Positions 28,352-37,797 of a stretch of 64,000 bases of DNA are shown here, in pieces (position 1 is the stretch's first letter; each line of letters begins with the position of its first letter). Below the pieces are notes generated by a model that saw nothing but the letters and a program-made list of their open reading frames with translations, was not told where the DNA came from and made no database searches. A program made the position numbers and the translations under genes. The stretch spans positions 672,001 through 736,000 of the forward strand of contig OZ219865.1 in NCBI GenBank assembly GCA_964291675.2. The letters are read 5' to 3'. This stretch comes from Alphaproteobacteria bacterium. Lineage in GTDB: Bacteria > Pseudomonadota > Alphaproteobacteria > MPNO01.

Positions 28352-29104
28352 CTAGCAGGTGTAGTTGAGCGCGAGCCGCCCGCCGTCGACATAGACCGTC
28401 TCGCCGGTGATGTAGCTCGCCTTGTCGCTCGCCAGGAAGGCGACCAGCTCCGCGACCTCGCCGGGCGTTCCCATGCGCTTCATCGGCGTGCGCGACATCG
28501 CGACCCGCATCGCCTCGGGGTCCTCGTTGACCGCCGCCATCATCGCCGTGTCGATCGAACCGGGGCCGACGGCGTTGACCCGGATGCCGTGCGGCGCGAG
28601 CGCCAGCGCGCTCGCCCTGGTGAGCTGCATCACGCCCCCCTTGGAGGCGCAATAGGCGGCGATCGAGGGGATCGCGACCCGGGCGTTGACCGAGGACATG
28701 TTGACGATGGACCCGGCGATCCCCGCCGCCACCATGGATTTGGCGGCGAGCTGCGTGGCGAGAAAGGTGCCGACCAGGTTCACGTCGATCACCGCGGTGA
28801 ACTGCTCCAGCGGGGTTTCCAGGAAGTCGCAGGGAATGGCGATCCCGGCGCAGTTCACCAGCACCGAGAGCGGACCGATCCCGGAGTCGATGCGCTCGAA
28901 CATGGACGCGACCCGGGCCGCATCCCCCATGTCGCACTGGATCGCCACCGCGTCGTCGCCGAGGCGCCGGGCGGCCGCCTCGACCCCGGACTCGTCGATA
29001 TCGGCGAGCAGGATGCGCGCGCCGTCCCGGGCGATCGCCGCGGCGCAGGCAAAGCCGATTCCGCGGGCACCGCCGGTGATCAGCGCAATGGGCCGGTCCG
29101 TCAT
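28352..29104 (-). CDS. SDR family oxidoreductase
   Basis: TGGARGIG, NCAG, YCASK, VDGG. Confidence 0.95.
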   Translation of the reverse strand: MTDRPIALITGGARGIGFACAAAIARDGARILLADIDESGVEAAARRLGDDAVAIQCDMGDAARVASMFERIDSGIGPLSVLVNCAGIAIPCDFLETPLEQFTAVIDVNLVGTFLATQLAAKSMVAAGIAGSIVNMSSVNARVAIPSIAAYCASKGGVMQLTRASALALAPHGIRVNAVGPGSIDTAMMAAVNEDPEAMRVAMSRTPMKRMGTPGEVAELVAFLASDKASYITGETVYVDGGRLALNYTC

Positions 29105-29116
29105 GGGAGACTCCGT

Positions 29117-30385
29117 TCAGATCGCTCTTGCCAGCTGGCTGGCGGCGAAGGCCGCCTGGTAGAAGCGCGATTTCACCGGGGCGAGGGCGTCGCGCGCCGG
29201 CTCGGTGACGGGCAGCGGCAGGTCCTCTTCCCGTCCGCCGGCCAGCAGCTCGGCCATCGCCTTGCCGAATACCGTGCCGGGCGCGATGCCGCGGCCGTTA
29301 TAGCCGATCGGCGTATAGAGCCCGTCCGCCAGGCGGTGAATCCTCGGCAAGTGCTCCGGGGTAAGCGCGATCTGGCCGTACCAGGCGGTCTCGAAGGCGA
29401 CCTCGCCCAGCGCCGGGAACAACCGCCGCAGCCGGCGCGCCGCCCAGCGCCGCGACAGGCCTTCCCCGCCGCCCATCACCCGCCCCATCGAGCCCGCGAT
29501 CAGCCGGTCGTGCGCGTCGCGCCGCAGCGAGAACATCACCGGCGCGGTGTCCCACATCCCTTGCCGCTCCGGGAGGACGGACCGGGCGCGGTCGCCGAGC
29601 GGTCGGGTCGCGACCTGGAAATAGTGGATGATCGTAAAGCTCCGCTTGAGCCCGGGCCACAGATCGTCGGTATAGGCGTTGGTACCGAGCACCACGGACC
29701 GCGCCGACACCCGGCCCCGGTCGGTCTCGACGATCCACCTCTCGCCGTCGCGGCGGAGAGCGCGCACGGCCGTGTCGGTCGAGATCCGCGCCCCGGCGGC
29801 CAGCGCCGCGCGCGCGAGCCCGCGGACATAGCCCATCGGGTTGATGGTGCCCGCGCGCCGGTCGAGCAGCCCGCCGCGATAGGCGTCGCTGCCGATCTTC
29901 TCCGCCGCCTCGGCCCGGGTGAGCAGCTCCACCGGCGCGCCGAGGCTCCGCCAGTCCTCGGCGCGCCGCGCGAGGTCGCTCAGCCCGCGCGGCGAATGGG
30001 CGGCGTGGACGGTCCCGCTCCGGGTCAGCTCGCAGCGGATCTGGTGGCGTTCGATCAGCGACATCACATAGGCGGGCGCGTCGCCCAGGACCCGCATCAG
30101 CACCGCCGCCTTCTCCTCGCCGAGGCGGGCGCGCACGTCGCGCGGCGGCAGCCAGACGCCGGCATTGACCAGCCCGACATTGCGCCCCGAGCCGCCATGG
30201 CCGATCCGCCTGGCCTCCAGCACGTGGCAGCCGAGCCCGCGCTCGGCCGCGTGCAGCGCGGTCGAGAGCCCGGTGAAGCCGCCGCCGACGATGGCGATGT
30301 CGGTCTCGACGTCGCCCTCCAGCGGCGCCGCGACATCCGCCTCGTCGGCGGTCGCGTCCCAGAGCGAGATCGCCGGCGTCGACAT
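29117..30385 (-). CDS. FAD-dependent oxidoreductase (DAO family)
   Basis: GGGFTGLS, GGSGRNVG, GYNGRG. Confidence 0.9.
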   Translation of the reverse strand: MSTPAISLWDATADEADVAAPLEGDVETDIAIVGGGFTGLSTALHAAERGLGCHVLEARRIGHGGSGRNVGLVNAGVWLPPRDVRARLGEEKAAVLMRVLGDAPAYVMSLIERHQIRCELTRSGTVHAAHSPRGLSDLARRAEDWRSLGAPVELLTRAEAAEKIGSDAYRGGLLDRRAGTINPMGYVRGLARAALAAGARISTDTAVRALRRDGERWIVETDRGRVSARSVVLGTNAYTDDLWPGLKRSFTIIHYFQVATRPLGDRARSVLPERQGMWDTAPVMFSLRRDAHDRLIAGSMGRVMGGGEGLSRRWAARRLRRLFPALGEVAFETAWYGQIALTPEHLPRIHRLADGLYTPIGYNGRGIAPGTVFGKAMAELLAGGREEDLPLPVTEPARDALAPVKSRFYQAAFAASQLARAI

Positions 30386-30390
30386 GGCGC

Positions 30391-31590
30391 CTATACGTGG
30401 GAGGCGGGCGAGAACATGTTGGGCTGGTTGTTCTTCGCGATGGCGGTCTTGCGCGTCGGCGGCGGGGTGTTGCGGCTGCGCCCGATGAAGCGGGGGATGC
30501 CGGAGGTGAAGCAGGCGGCGATGGCCGGGAAGTCGCCGTTCTTGATCGAGCCCAGCGCGTCGTCCTTGGAGCAGCCGAGCGGCGCGTCGAGCACCAGCAC
30601 ATCGGCCTCCAGCCCGGGCCTGAGGAAGCCGGTGTCGAGACGGTAGATCTTGGCGACGTTGCCGGTCGCCGCCGCGATGATCATCTCGGCCGGGCAGTCG
30701 GAGAGACAGGACAGCTCGCAGACCGACTTGATCATGCCGAGCGGCATCACCCCGGTGCCGGTCGGCGTGTCGGTGGCGATCAGGAAGCGGTCGTACTGGT
30801 CGGCCTCGACCGCAAGGTTGAGGCAGAGCAGCGCGGTGCGGAAATTGCCGGCCTGGCAGATCTGCAGCGCGATCTCGGTCTCGTTGACGATGGGCGCAAA
30901 ATCCTCGTCCGGCATCGCCACCGGCCCGCCATTGACGTGGAAGGAGACGTCGGGGCGCATGTCGAGCAGGTGCTTGCCGGTGATCGCCGACGAATCGGGG
31001 ATCGACGCGCCGCCCGTGTGGCAGTTGACGATCATCCCCGCCGCCTGCGCCATATGCACATAGGGGGTGTATTCGAAGGGCGACTGGAACCTGCCGAACC
31101 CCGCCTTGGCGAGCCAGATGCCCTTGTCCGCCATCTCGTCGAAATCGGCCGCCGACAGCCCGGGCTCGAGGATCACCGCGCCGGCATGCACCCGCATGCC
31201 GCCCGGGCGGAAATTGTCAAAACACTTCTTGGCGGCGATGGCGAGCGCCTTCACCCCTTCCGGGTCGTTCGGCCGGCCGGGTACGTGCACCTCGCAGGCG
31301 GTGATCGAGGTCGTGGTGCCGCCATGCAGGTAGCTCTCCAGGAAGCCCACCGTCTTCTGCCGCGGCGTGTAGTCGCCAAAGGTGTTGTGCACCTGGGAAT
31401 CGATCATCCCCGGCATGGCGGTCATGCCGCCGGCGTCCAGCACCACGTCGCAGGCCTCGATCCGGGCGGCGTCGACGCTGCCGACCTCCTTGATGAGGCC
31501 GTCTTCCATCAGGATCGAATCGCCGGGCGCGATGGGGGCCCGCCAGTCGCCGGTGACGATGGTGGCAAGGTTGACGATTGCGGTCTTCAT
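30391..31590 (-). CDS. Amidohydrolase, enamidase-like
   Basis: PGMIDSQVH, GDYTPRQ, HTGGASIP, HVNGGP, TDTPTG. Confidence 0.85.
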   Translation of the reverse strand: MKTAIVNLATIVTGDWRAPIAPGDSILMEDGLIKEVGSVDAARIEACDVVLDAGGMTAMPGMIDSQVHNTFGDYTPRQKTVGFLESYLHGGTTTSITACEVHVPGRPNDPEGVKALAIAAKKCFDNFRPGGMRVHAGAVILEPGLSAADFDEMADKGIWLAKAGFGRFQSPFEYTPYVHMAQAAGMIVNCHTGGASIPDSSAITGKHLLDMRPDVSFHVNGGPVAMPDEDFAPIVNETEIALQICQAGNFRTALLCLNLAVEADQYDRFLIATDTPTGTGVMPLGMIKSVCELSCLSDCPAEMIIAAATGNVAKIYRLDTGFLRPGLEADVLVLDAPLGCSKDDALGSIKNGDFPAIAACFTSGIPRFIGRSRNTPPPTRKTAIAKNNQPNMFSPASHV

Positions 31591-31616
31591 GTGCTCCTCC
31601 CGATGCGGCCGGCGGT

Positions 31617-32192
31617 TCAGACCAGCCCGTCCTCGCCCCTGGCGTCTTCCTTGCGGAGCCCGCCGACGCGATGGTTGAGCCGGCCGCGATTGGCGATGCA
31701 GCAGATCACCGCGATCTCGTCGGGCAGCGGCGCGTCGGGCACCATGACGCTCATCCCGTCGTAATGCGAGCGCACATAGAGCGCGTCCTTGTGGGCCAGC
31801 GGGATGTCGATCGCCTCGCCGGGACGGGCCCGCTTGGTGAAGGACGAGATCCAGGCCTGGCCGCCGCCCACCGCGTCGCGCATCGCGTTGCCGTAGACCG
31901 TGGTCAGCATCGCCACCCCGTGCTCCTGCTCGCCGGCCGAGCCGATCAGCGCCGCCTTGCCGTAGGAATCGGGCGCATACGGGCCAAGCGCCTCGACGGC
32001 CATGGCGGAGATCTTCTCGCCGATCGCGGTCGAGGCGTCGATCAGCGCGCTCAGATCCTCGACATAGCCCTGGCCGGCGAGCGGGTTCCTGACCACCGCG
32101 ACCACGGCCACCTTCCGGAGCGGCTCGTTCGCCTCGCGCCCCATCTCGCTCATCGTCTCGTCGACGGCGGTGAACAGCTTGCGGATATGCAT
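31617..32192 (-). CDS. DUF1185 / amino acid synthesis family protein
   Basis: VRNPLAG, SYGKAA, GEQEHG, IDIPLAHK..YVRSHYD. Confidence 0.88.
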   Translation of the reverse strand: MHIRKLFTAVDETMSEMGREANEPLRKVAVVAVVRNPLAGQGYVEDLSALIDASTAIGEKISAMAVEALGPYAPDSYGKAALIGSAGEQEHGVAMLTTVYGNAMRDAVGGGQAWISSFTKRARPGEAIDIPLAHKDALYVRSHYDGMSVMVPDAPLPDEIAVICCIANRGRLNHRVGGLRKEDARGEDGLV

Positions 32193-32321
32193 CGGCCTCC
32201 CCCGGTATCGCCCGCGATCTTAGGCGCCGGAGACCGCGCAGGAAACCGCGCGCGTCCCTCGATACGGCGCTGGCGCGCCTACTCGGGATGAGGACATTTC
32301 TCTTGGCCATACCAACCTCTC

Positions 32322-32363
32322 CTCATCCTGAGTAGCCCGCCGCAGGCGGGCGTATCGAAGGAC
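32322..32363. repeat. REP-like hairpin
   Basis: CTCATCCTGAG-TA-GCCCGCC-GCA-GGCGGGC-GTATCGAAGGA. Confidence 0.55.
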
Positions 32364-32420
32364 GGCCGGCTGGCGTTGGGACGCGTATTTCGGCACACTC
32401 GCGCGCGGGAGAGCGCGCGC

Positions 32421-33533
32421 ATGACCAACCCGCTGTTCAACGACAACCGGATGAAGCTCGGCATCATCGCGATGAACTGCAGCCACGGCTCGACCATCAC
32501 CACCGCCGAGAACACCTGGGAGATGACCTGGCCCGATACCCGAGAGGTCGCGATGATGGCCGACCGGGCGGGGCTCGAGGTGCTGCTCCCGGTCGCCCGC
32601 TGGAAGGGCTATGGCGGGCCGACCAACTTCAACAACCGCACCTTCGAGACCTATACCTGGGCGTCCGCCGTCGCCGCGGTCACCGACTATTCCTGCGTCT
32701 TCTCGACCTCGCACGTGCCGCTGATCCACCCGGTGGCCGCCGCCAAGCAATGCGCCACCATCGACCACATCTCGGGCGGGCGGTTCGGGCTCAACGTGGT
32801 CTGCGGCTGGTTCAAGAACGAGTTCGAGATGTTCGGCGCCGAGTGGCGCGAGCACGATGTGCGCTACGAGTACGCCACCGAGTGGCTCGACTTCGCCCGG
32901 CGGATCTGGACCCGGGAGGGCGAGTTCGACTTCGAGGGCCGCTGGTTCGACGCGAAGAACGTGTGGAGCGAGCCCAAGCCGGTGCAGGACGCGATCCCGG
33001 TGATGAACGCGGGCGGCTCGCCGGCGGGCCAGCGTTTCGCCGCCACCCAGGCGGACATGAACTTCGTCATCCTCAAGGAGCACGAGGCCGAGGCCGGCAA
33101 GGCGCAGATCGACAAGCTCAAGGCGATGGCGCGCGAGGCCGGGCGCGAGATCCAGAGCTGGATCCACGTCTATGTCGTCTGCCGCGACACCGACGCCGAG
33201 GCCGAGGACTATCTCGACTACTACGTCCGCCGGAAGGGCGATTACGAGGCGGTGAACAACCTGCTCGACATCTTCGGCATGCAGTCCAAGACCCTGGATC
33301 CCAAGGTGCTCGACGAGTTCCGCTTCCACTTCATCGCCGGCCATGGCGGCTACCCGCTGGTCGGCACGCCCGAGACCATCGTCGCCGAGATCGACAAGCT
33401 GATCGAGATCGGCATCGACGGCGTGCTGATGTCCTGGGTCGACTACAAGACCGAGCTCGCCCAGTGGATCGACCGGGTCATGCCGCTGATGGAGCAGGCC
33501 GGCCAGCGGAGCCCGATGCGCAAGGCGGCGTGA
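32421..33533 (+). CDS. LLM-class flavin-dependent monooxygenase
   Basis: PVARWKGYGG, TIDHISGGRFGLNVVCGW, NAGGSPAG. Confidence 0.93.
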   Translation: MTNPLFNDNRMKLGIIAMNCSHGSTITTAENTWEMTWPDTREVAMMADRAGLEVLLPVARWKGYGGPTNFNNRTFETYTWASAVAAVTDYSCVFSTSHVPLIHPVAAAKQCATIDHISGGRFGLNVVCGWFKNEFEMFGAEWREHDVRYEYATEWLDFARRIWTREGEFDFEGRWFDAKNVWSEPKPVQDAIPVMNAGGSPAGQRFAATQADMNFVILKEHEAEAGKAQIDKLKAMAREAGREIQSWIHVYVVCRDTDAEAEDYLDYYVRRKGDYEAVNNLLDIFGMQSKTLDPKVLDEFRFHFIAGHGGYPLVGTPETIVAEIDKLIEIGIDGVLMSWVDYKTELAQWIDRVMPLMEQAGQRSPMRKAA

Positions 33534-33564
33534 GCCGGCACCCTCCCCGGTGGGGGAAGAGTCC

Positions 33565-33654
33565 ATGCAGGTCTTCCCGTTCCACCCGATGCCCCATGCC
33601 GCGCTCGACGACGGCAACGACGCCGGGCTGGAAGCGGCGATCGCCGCCGAGTAG
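33565..33654 (+). pseudogene. 29-codon mini-ORF, possible collapsed remnant of a second LLM gene
   Basis: GGGGGAAGA RBS; MQVFPFHPMPHAALDD...AIAAE*. Confidence 0.35.
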
Positions 33655-33658
33655 CGCT

Positions 33659-34858
33659 TCAGCCGACCGCCTCGGCCCGTCTCAGCGCCGCGATCATCGA
33701 GGAGCGCAGCAGGAATTCGCGCGCCTTGGCCGGGTCCTCGGCCTGGCGGGCGAGGTCGTCGAGCCGCTTCTCGCGCACGGCCCGGTCCTTTTCCTCCAGC
33801 AGCGCCTTGTTGCGCAGCGTCGCCGCCTGCACGTATTCGACGGCGATCGGCCGGCGCTGCGCGTCGTAGAGGTCGAACAGCGTATCGTCCGCCTCGCCGC
33901 GCCACACCGCGACGATCTTGGCGCACAGATTGACCGCGTCGTGGATGCCGCCGTTCATCCCCATCCCGCCAAGCGGGTTGTTGATATGGGCCGAATCGCC
34001 GGCGAGGAAGATCCGGCCCTTGCGGTAGGTCTCGGCGACCCGCTGATGCACCGCGTAAGCCGTCCGGTGGTAGGTCTGGTAAGCCCCGTCCTTGGGACAG
34101 ACGGCGTGCATCCGCGCCTGCACCACCTCCTCGCTCACCAGCTCCTCGGCGGTGTCGCCGGGCCGGGTCGGCATCAGCAGCCGCCACAGACCGGGCACGC
34201 GCACGAACACGAACCACGACTCGGGGTCGGCGACATAGGCGATCGGCGCCAGGTTCTCGAAATGGGCGCCGAAATCGTACTCGGTCGAGGTGCAGAGCCA
34301 GAGCTCGGGAAAGGTGAGCCCCGGGAATTCGATCCCGGCGCCGATGCGGATAACGCTCGATGCACCGTCGGCGGCGATCAGGTAGCGCCCGGTCAGGGTC
34401 TCGCCACCCGGCCCGTCCAAATCGAGCATCACCCGGTCGGCATCCTGGCGGGCGGCGACGGCCCGGGTGGAGAACCTGACTTCGGCCTCGGGCATCCCCT
34501 CCAAGATGTCGACGACGATGCCGTTGAGCTTGTACTGCTCGGCCTGCACCCGGTAGGGGTGGCCGGTGTCGTCCTTCAGGATGCCGAGATCCCACTCGGC
34601 GACGATGCCGCGCGCGGTGTCCCGGTTCTGCCAGACCGGGCAGACGATGCCCTGGGCGATCAGCGCCTCGACCACGCCGAGCCCGTCCAGCATGTCGAGG
34701 GTCGGCGGGTGGAAGGTCGAGGCGCGGAGGTCGAGCGGCAGGCTGGCGCAGGCCTCGACCAGGGTCACCGGGATGCCGGCGCGCGCGAGCGCCAGCGCGG
34801 CGACGCTGCCGACCGGACCCGCCCCCGCGACCAGGACGCGATCCCGGGTCCCGCTCAG
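33659..34858 (-). CDS. FAD-dependent monooxygenase (MhpA/PHBH-like), probable CTG start
   Basis: GAGPVG, AADGASS, LAGDSAHINNPLGGMGMNGGIHDA. Confidence 0.88.
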   Translation of the reverse strand: MSGTRDRVLVAGAGPVGSVAALALARAGIPVTLVEACASLPLDLRASTFHPPTLDMLDGLGVVEALIAQGIVCPVWQNRDTARGIVAEWDLGILKDDTGHPYRVQAEQYKLNGIVVDILEGMPEAEVRFSTRAVAARQDADRVMLDLDGPGGETLTGRYLIAADGASSVIRIGAGIEFPGLTFPELWLCTSTEYDFGAHFENLAPIAYVADPESWFVFVRVPGLWRLLMPTRPGDTAEELVSEEVVQARMHAVCPKDGAYQTYHRTAYAVHQRVAETYRKGRIFLAGDSAHINNPLGGMGMNGGIHDAVNLCAKIVAVWRGEADDTLFDLYDAQRRPIAVEYVQAATLRNKALLEEKDRAVREKRLDDLARQAEDPAKAREFLLRSSMIAALRRAEAVG

Positions 34859-35472
34859 CCTATCCTCGCCACCGCCCGGTCGATCTTCAGGCGGAACGCC
34901 TCCAGCCGCCGCTCGTCCAGGAGGTTGACGCCGTAGAGGCTCAGCATCTCCAGCGTCGCCTGCGGCGCGCAGCCCTTGAGGATGCCGCCCTTGAGGACCC
35001 GCTTGACCGGCTGGCGCAGCAGCAGGCGGTCGACCTTCCAGGGCGAGGCGAGCGTGGTGATCGCGAGGCAGTGCTTGAGACCGTCCAGGATCGGCGAGAT
35101 GCTGCCGGTCGCCGGCACGTGGACGAAGGCGACGTCGGGCGCCCACACCCGGTCGAACCAGCCTTTTAGCAGCGCCGGCATGCCGAACCACCAGGTGGGG
35201 AAGACCAGGACCACCGTCTCCGCCCGCTTGAGCTGGGCCATCTCGGCCTCGATCCGGCTGCCGTCGAAGCCGTCGAAATAGCTGCCGCGCTCGGCCGCCG
35301 ACAGCGGCGCCTCGAACCCGTGCCGGTAGAGGTCGAGATGCTCGTAGACGACGCCTCGCGCCTTCAGCCCCGCCTCCACCCGGGCGACCAGATGGTGGCA
35401 CAGGCTGTCCTCCAGCGGATGACAGGAGACGAGCAGGCAGTTCGCCTCCTCGTTGCGGAGCGTCTCGGTCAT
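34855..35472 (-). CDS. Flavodoxin-fold NAD(P)H dehydrogenase (quinone)
   Basis: CHP...S, DLYR, FPTWWFGMPALLKGWFDRV. Confidence 0.92.
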   Translation of the reverse strand: MTETLRNEEANCLLVSCHPLEDSLCHHLVARVEAGLKARGVVYEHLDLYRHGFEAPLSAAERGSYFDGFDGSRIEAEMAQLKRAETVVLVFPTWWFGMPALLKGWFDRVWAPDVAFVHVPATGSISPILDGLKHCLAITTLASPWKVDRLLLRQPVKRVLKGGILKGCAPQATLEMLSLYGVNLLDERRLEAFRLKIDRAVARIG

Positions 35473-35640
35473 CGTCCCCCTCCCCGCGGTCAGCCGCCAC
35501 ACAGTAAAGCGCATCCGCCGGCGATGGAACCGGGGGCTCGTTTCGCCCGCTTCGCCGCCCCACCCCGTCTTGGCGGGCTTGTTCCACTGCTGTCCGGTCT
35601 GGATTGACGACGCGGGCCGCACCCGGCCTCCCTGCACCGC

Positions 35641-35847
35641 CCATGGATGGCCGGATCAAGTCCGGGCATGACGTGCGGGGAGTGCGGCGAGTGTGGGGGG
35701 CGGCGGCCCGCGCGTCCTTCCTCGATGTGTTCCACCCCGTCATGGCCGGACTTGATCCGGCCATCCATGCGGCCCCTCCGCCCGCACGGCGGCCCGTCGG
35801 GAGGGGTGGTGGCGCCAGTGTATGCTAGGAACGAGTCCGGGCATGAC
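35641..35847. repeat. Cluster of three alphaproteobacterial REP-like palindromes
   Basis: ATGGATGGCCGGATCAAGTCCGGGCATGAC (~35643), inverted GTCATGGCCGGACTTGATCCGGCCATCCAT (~35739), partial GAGTCCGGGCATGAC (~35833). Confidence 0.8.
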
Positions 35848-35940
35848 GCACGGGAGGTGGACCGCCGTCCGCTGTTGCGCCGCTTGTCGCCCTCCCACCG
35901 TCTTGGCAAGCTCGAAGCCAACCCGACAGAGGAAACGCCC

Positions 35941-36681
35941 TTGTCCCTGGAAACTATCCGGCCCGACGGCTGGCGCGCCCGCATCGGGGTGATCGTGCCG
36001 CCGAGCAACACCGTCAACGAGACCGAGTTCAACCGGTTGAAGCCCGACGGCGTCACCTTCCACTTCACCCGCTCGCCGCTGCACCCCGACCCGGCGGCGG
36101 ACGATTTCGCGGAGATGATGCGCGACCTCGACCGCGCCTGCGGCGAGCTCGCTTCCTGCGCGATCGACCTCGTCGCCTATGGCTGCACCGCCGGGTCGAT
36201 GGCCTGTCCCGCCGACCGCCTGCTCGGCAAGATGCGCGAGGTCTCCGGGGTCGAGGGGATTTCGACCGCGGGCGCGATCCTCGCCGCGCTGAAGGCGCTC
36301 GGCATCTCGCGGATCGCCATGGCGACGCCCTATACCGAGAAGACCAACGCGCACGAGGCGGAATACCTCGCCGAACACGGAATCGAGGCGGTCGCCGCCT
36401 CCGGGCTCGGGCTCAATACCTCGCTCGAAGGCATCCAGCGGATCTCGCGCGTGGCCCCAAGGGCGGTGTTCGATCACGCGATGGCGGTGGACCGGCCCGA
36501 AGCCGAGGCGCTGCTGATCTGCTGCACCGACTTCAACACCGTCGATGCCATCGAGCCGCTGGAGCAAACGCTCGGCAAGCCGGTCGTCACCAGCAACACG
36601 GCAACCCTATGGGCCGCGCTGAGGACGCTCGGCATCGACGACCGGATCGCCGGCTGCGGCCGTCTGCTGCGGGAGTTCTAG
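35941..36681 (+). CDS. Maleate cis-trans isomerase / Asp-Glu racemase family
   Basis: RIGVIVPPSNTVNE, YGCTAGS, CCTDF, PVVTSN; TTG start after GAGGA. Confidence 0.88.
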   Translation: MSLETIRPDGWRARIGVIVPPSNTVNETEFNRLKPDGVTFHFTRSPLHPDPAADDFAEMMRDLDRACGELASCAIDLVAYGCTAGSMACPADRLLGKMREVSGVEGISTAGAILAALKALGISRIAMATPYTEKTNAHEAEYLAEHGIEAVAASGLGLNTSLEGIQRISRVAPRAVFDHAMAVDRPEAEALLICCTDFNTVDAIEPLEQTLGKPVVTSNTATLWAALRTLGIDDRIAGCGRLLREF

Positions 36682-36712
36682 GCGGAGGGCGCCGGCGCCG
36701 TATCGAGGGACG

Positions 36713-37093
36713 CTACTGCTCCAGCCCGTCCAGCGCCTCCTTGGCGTTGCGGAAGGCGTCGACGCCGGCCGGCACGCCGGCATAGACGGTGGCATGCAGC
36801 AGCACCTCGCGGATCTCGTCGACCGTGCAGCCGTTGTGGATCGCGCCCCGGACGTGGCCCTTGAGCTCGGTCATCTTGCCGAGCGTGGTCAGGATCGCGA
36901 GCGTCAGCATCGACCGCGTCTTGCGGTCGAGCCCGTCGCGGGTCCAGACCAGCCCCCAGCAGTGCTCGGTGACGTGTTCCTGGATGGTGTTGACGAAATC
37001 GTCGGCCTTCGCCTTCTCGAGCTGCGGGTCCACCCACTTGGCACCGAGCACGCTGCGGCGGATCTCCAACCCCTCGTCATAGGCCTTGCTCAT
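36713..37093 (-). CDS. Carboxymuconolactone decarboxylase family protein
   Basis: GLEIRRSVLG, WGLVWTRDGLDRKTRS, YAGVP. Confidence 0.92.
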   Translation of the reverse strand: MSKAYDEGLEIRRSVLGAKWVDPQLEKAKADDFVNTIQEHVTEHCWGLVWTRDGLDRKTRSMLTLAILTTLGKMTELKGHVRGAIHNGCTVDEIREVLLHATVYAGVPAGVDAFRNAKEALDGLEQ

Positions 37094-37797
37094 GTCTTGT
37101 CTCCCTCCAGGAACGGATCGGTCTTGAGGAATCGCCGGCCGCGCTTGCGGTAGGTGACGATTCGCGGGTTCCACCAGCTCTCGCCCGCCAGGCGGTTGCG
37201 GCGCACGGTGTCGCGCGCGGCGCGGACCTCCGGCGCATCGAGCACGTCCGCGCGCCGGACATAGTGCAGCATCATGTGGGTGAACGGGTCGGGATCGGCC
37301 GCCGCCACCGCCGTCATGCGCGCCATCCGCCAGTCCGGGCAGGCGAGCAGCGTCCCCATGTGCTCGTCCCGGTACCAGTCCTCGAAACCCGGCCGCTTTG
37401 CGTCGGGCACGGCGAAGAAGACGGCGAGGACCCAGGGGCAGTCCAGCGCCTCGATGCCGGCGCCGTCTCCGAACGCGCAACCGATCTCGCGCCCGACATA
37501 GCGGGTGAAGCCCGACACCGAGGACAGCATCGCCCTGGTCCGCGCATCGGGGGTGTATTTGCGCGACCGGTATTCCGGGCTCTCCAGCGTCTCGGCCCCG
37601 TCGAGGTCGTAGACCGCGAGAAAGCCCGGTCCGTCCGGCGCGGCGTAGCGCTGCGCGCTCAGGAACCCCGGCACGCCGGTCACGTGGTTCGGCGTGTGGT
37701 GGTTGTCGTACCAGTCGTTGAACCGGTCCTCGTCGCCCGGCGCCGGCGTCATCTCCGAGAAGAGGATCGCGCTTCCCTTGATCCGCGCGCCGGTCAC
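37090..37797 (-). CDS. Tandem EthD/DUF4286-like domain protein
   Basis: Repeated F.DWY...H motif (FNDWYDNHH; FEDWYRDEH); GTGA overlap with upstream gene. Confidence 0.7.
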   Translation of the reverse strand: MTGARIKGSAILFSEMTPAPGDEDRFNDWYDNHHTPNHVTGVPGFLSAQRYAAPDGPGFLAVYDLDGAETLESPEYRSRKYTPDARTRAMLSSVSGFTRYVGREIGCAFGDGAGIEALDCPWVLAVFFAVPDAKRPGFEDWYRDEHMGTLLACPDWRMARMTAVAAADPDPFTHMMLHYVRRADVLDAPEVRAARDTVRRNRLAGESWWNPRIVTYRKRGRRFLKTDPFLEGDKT

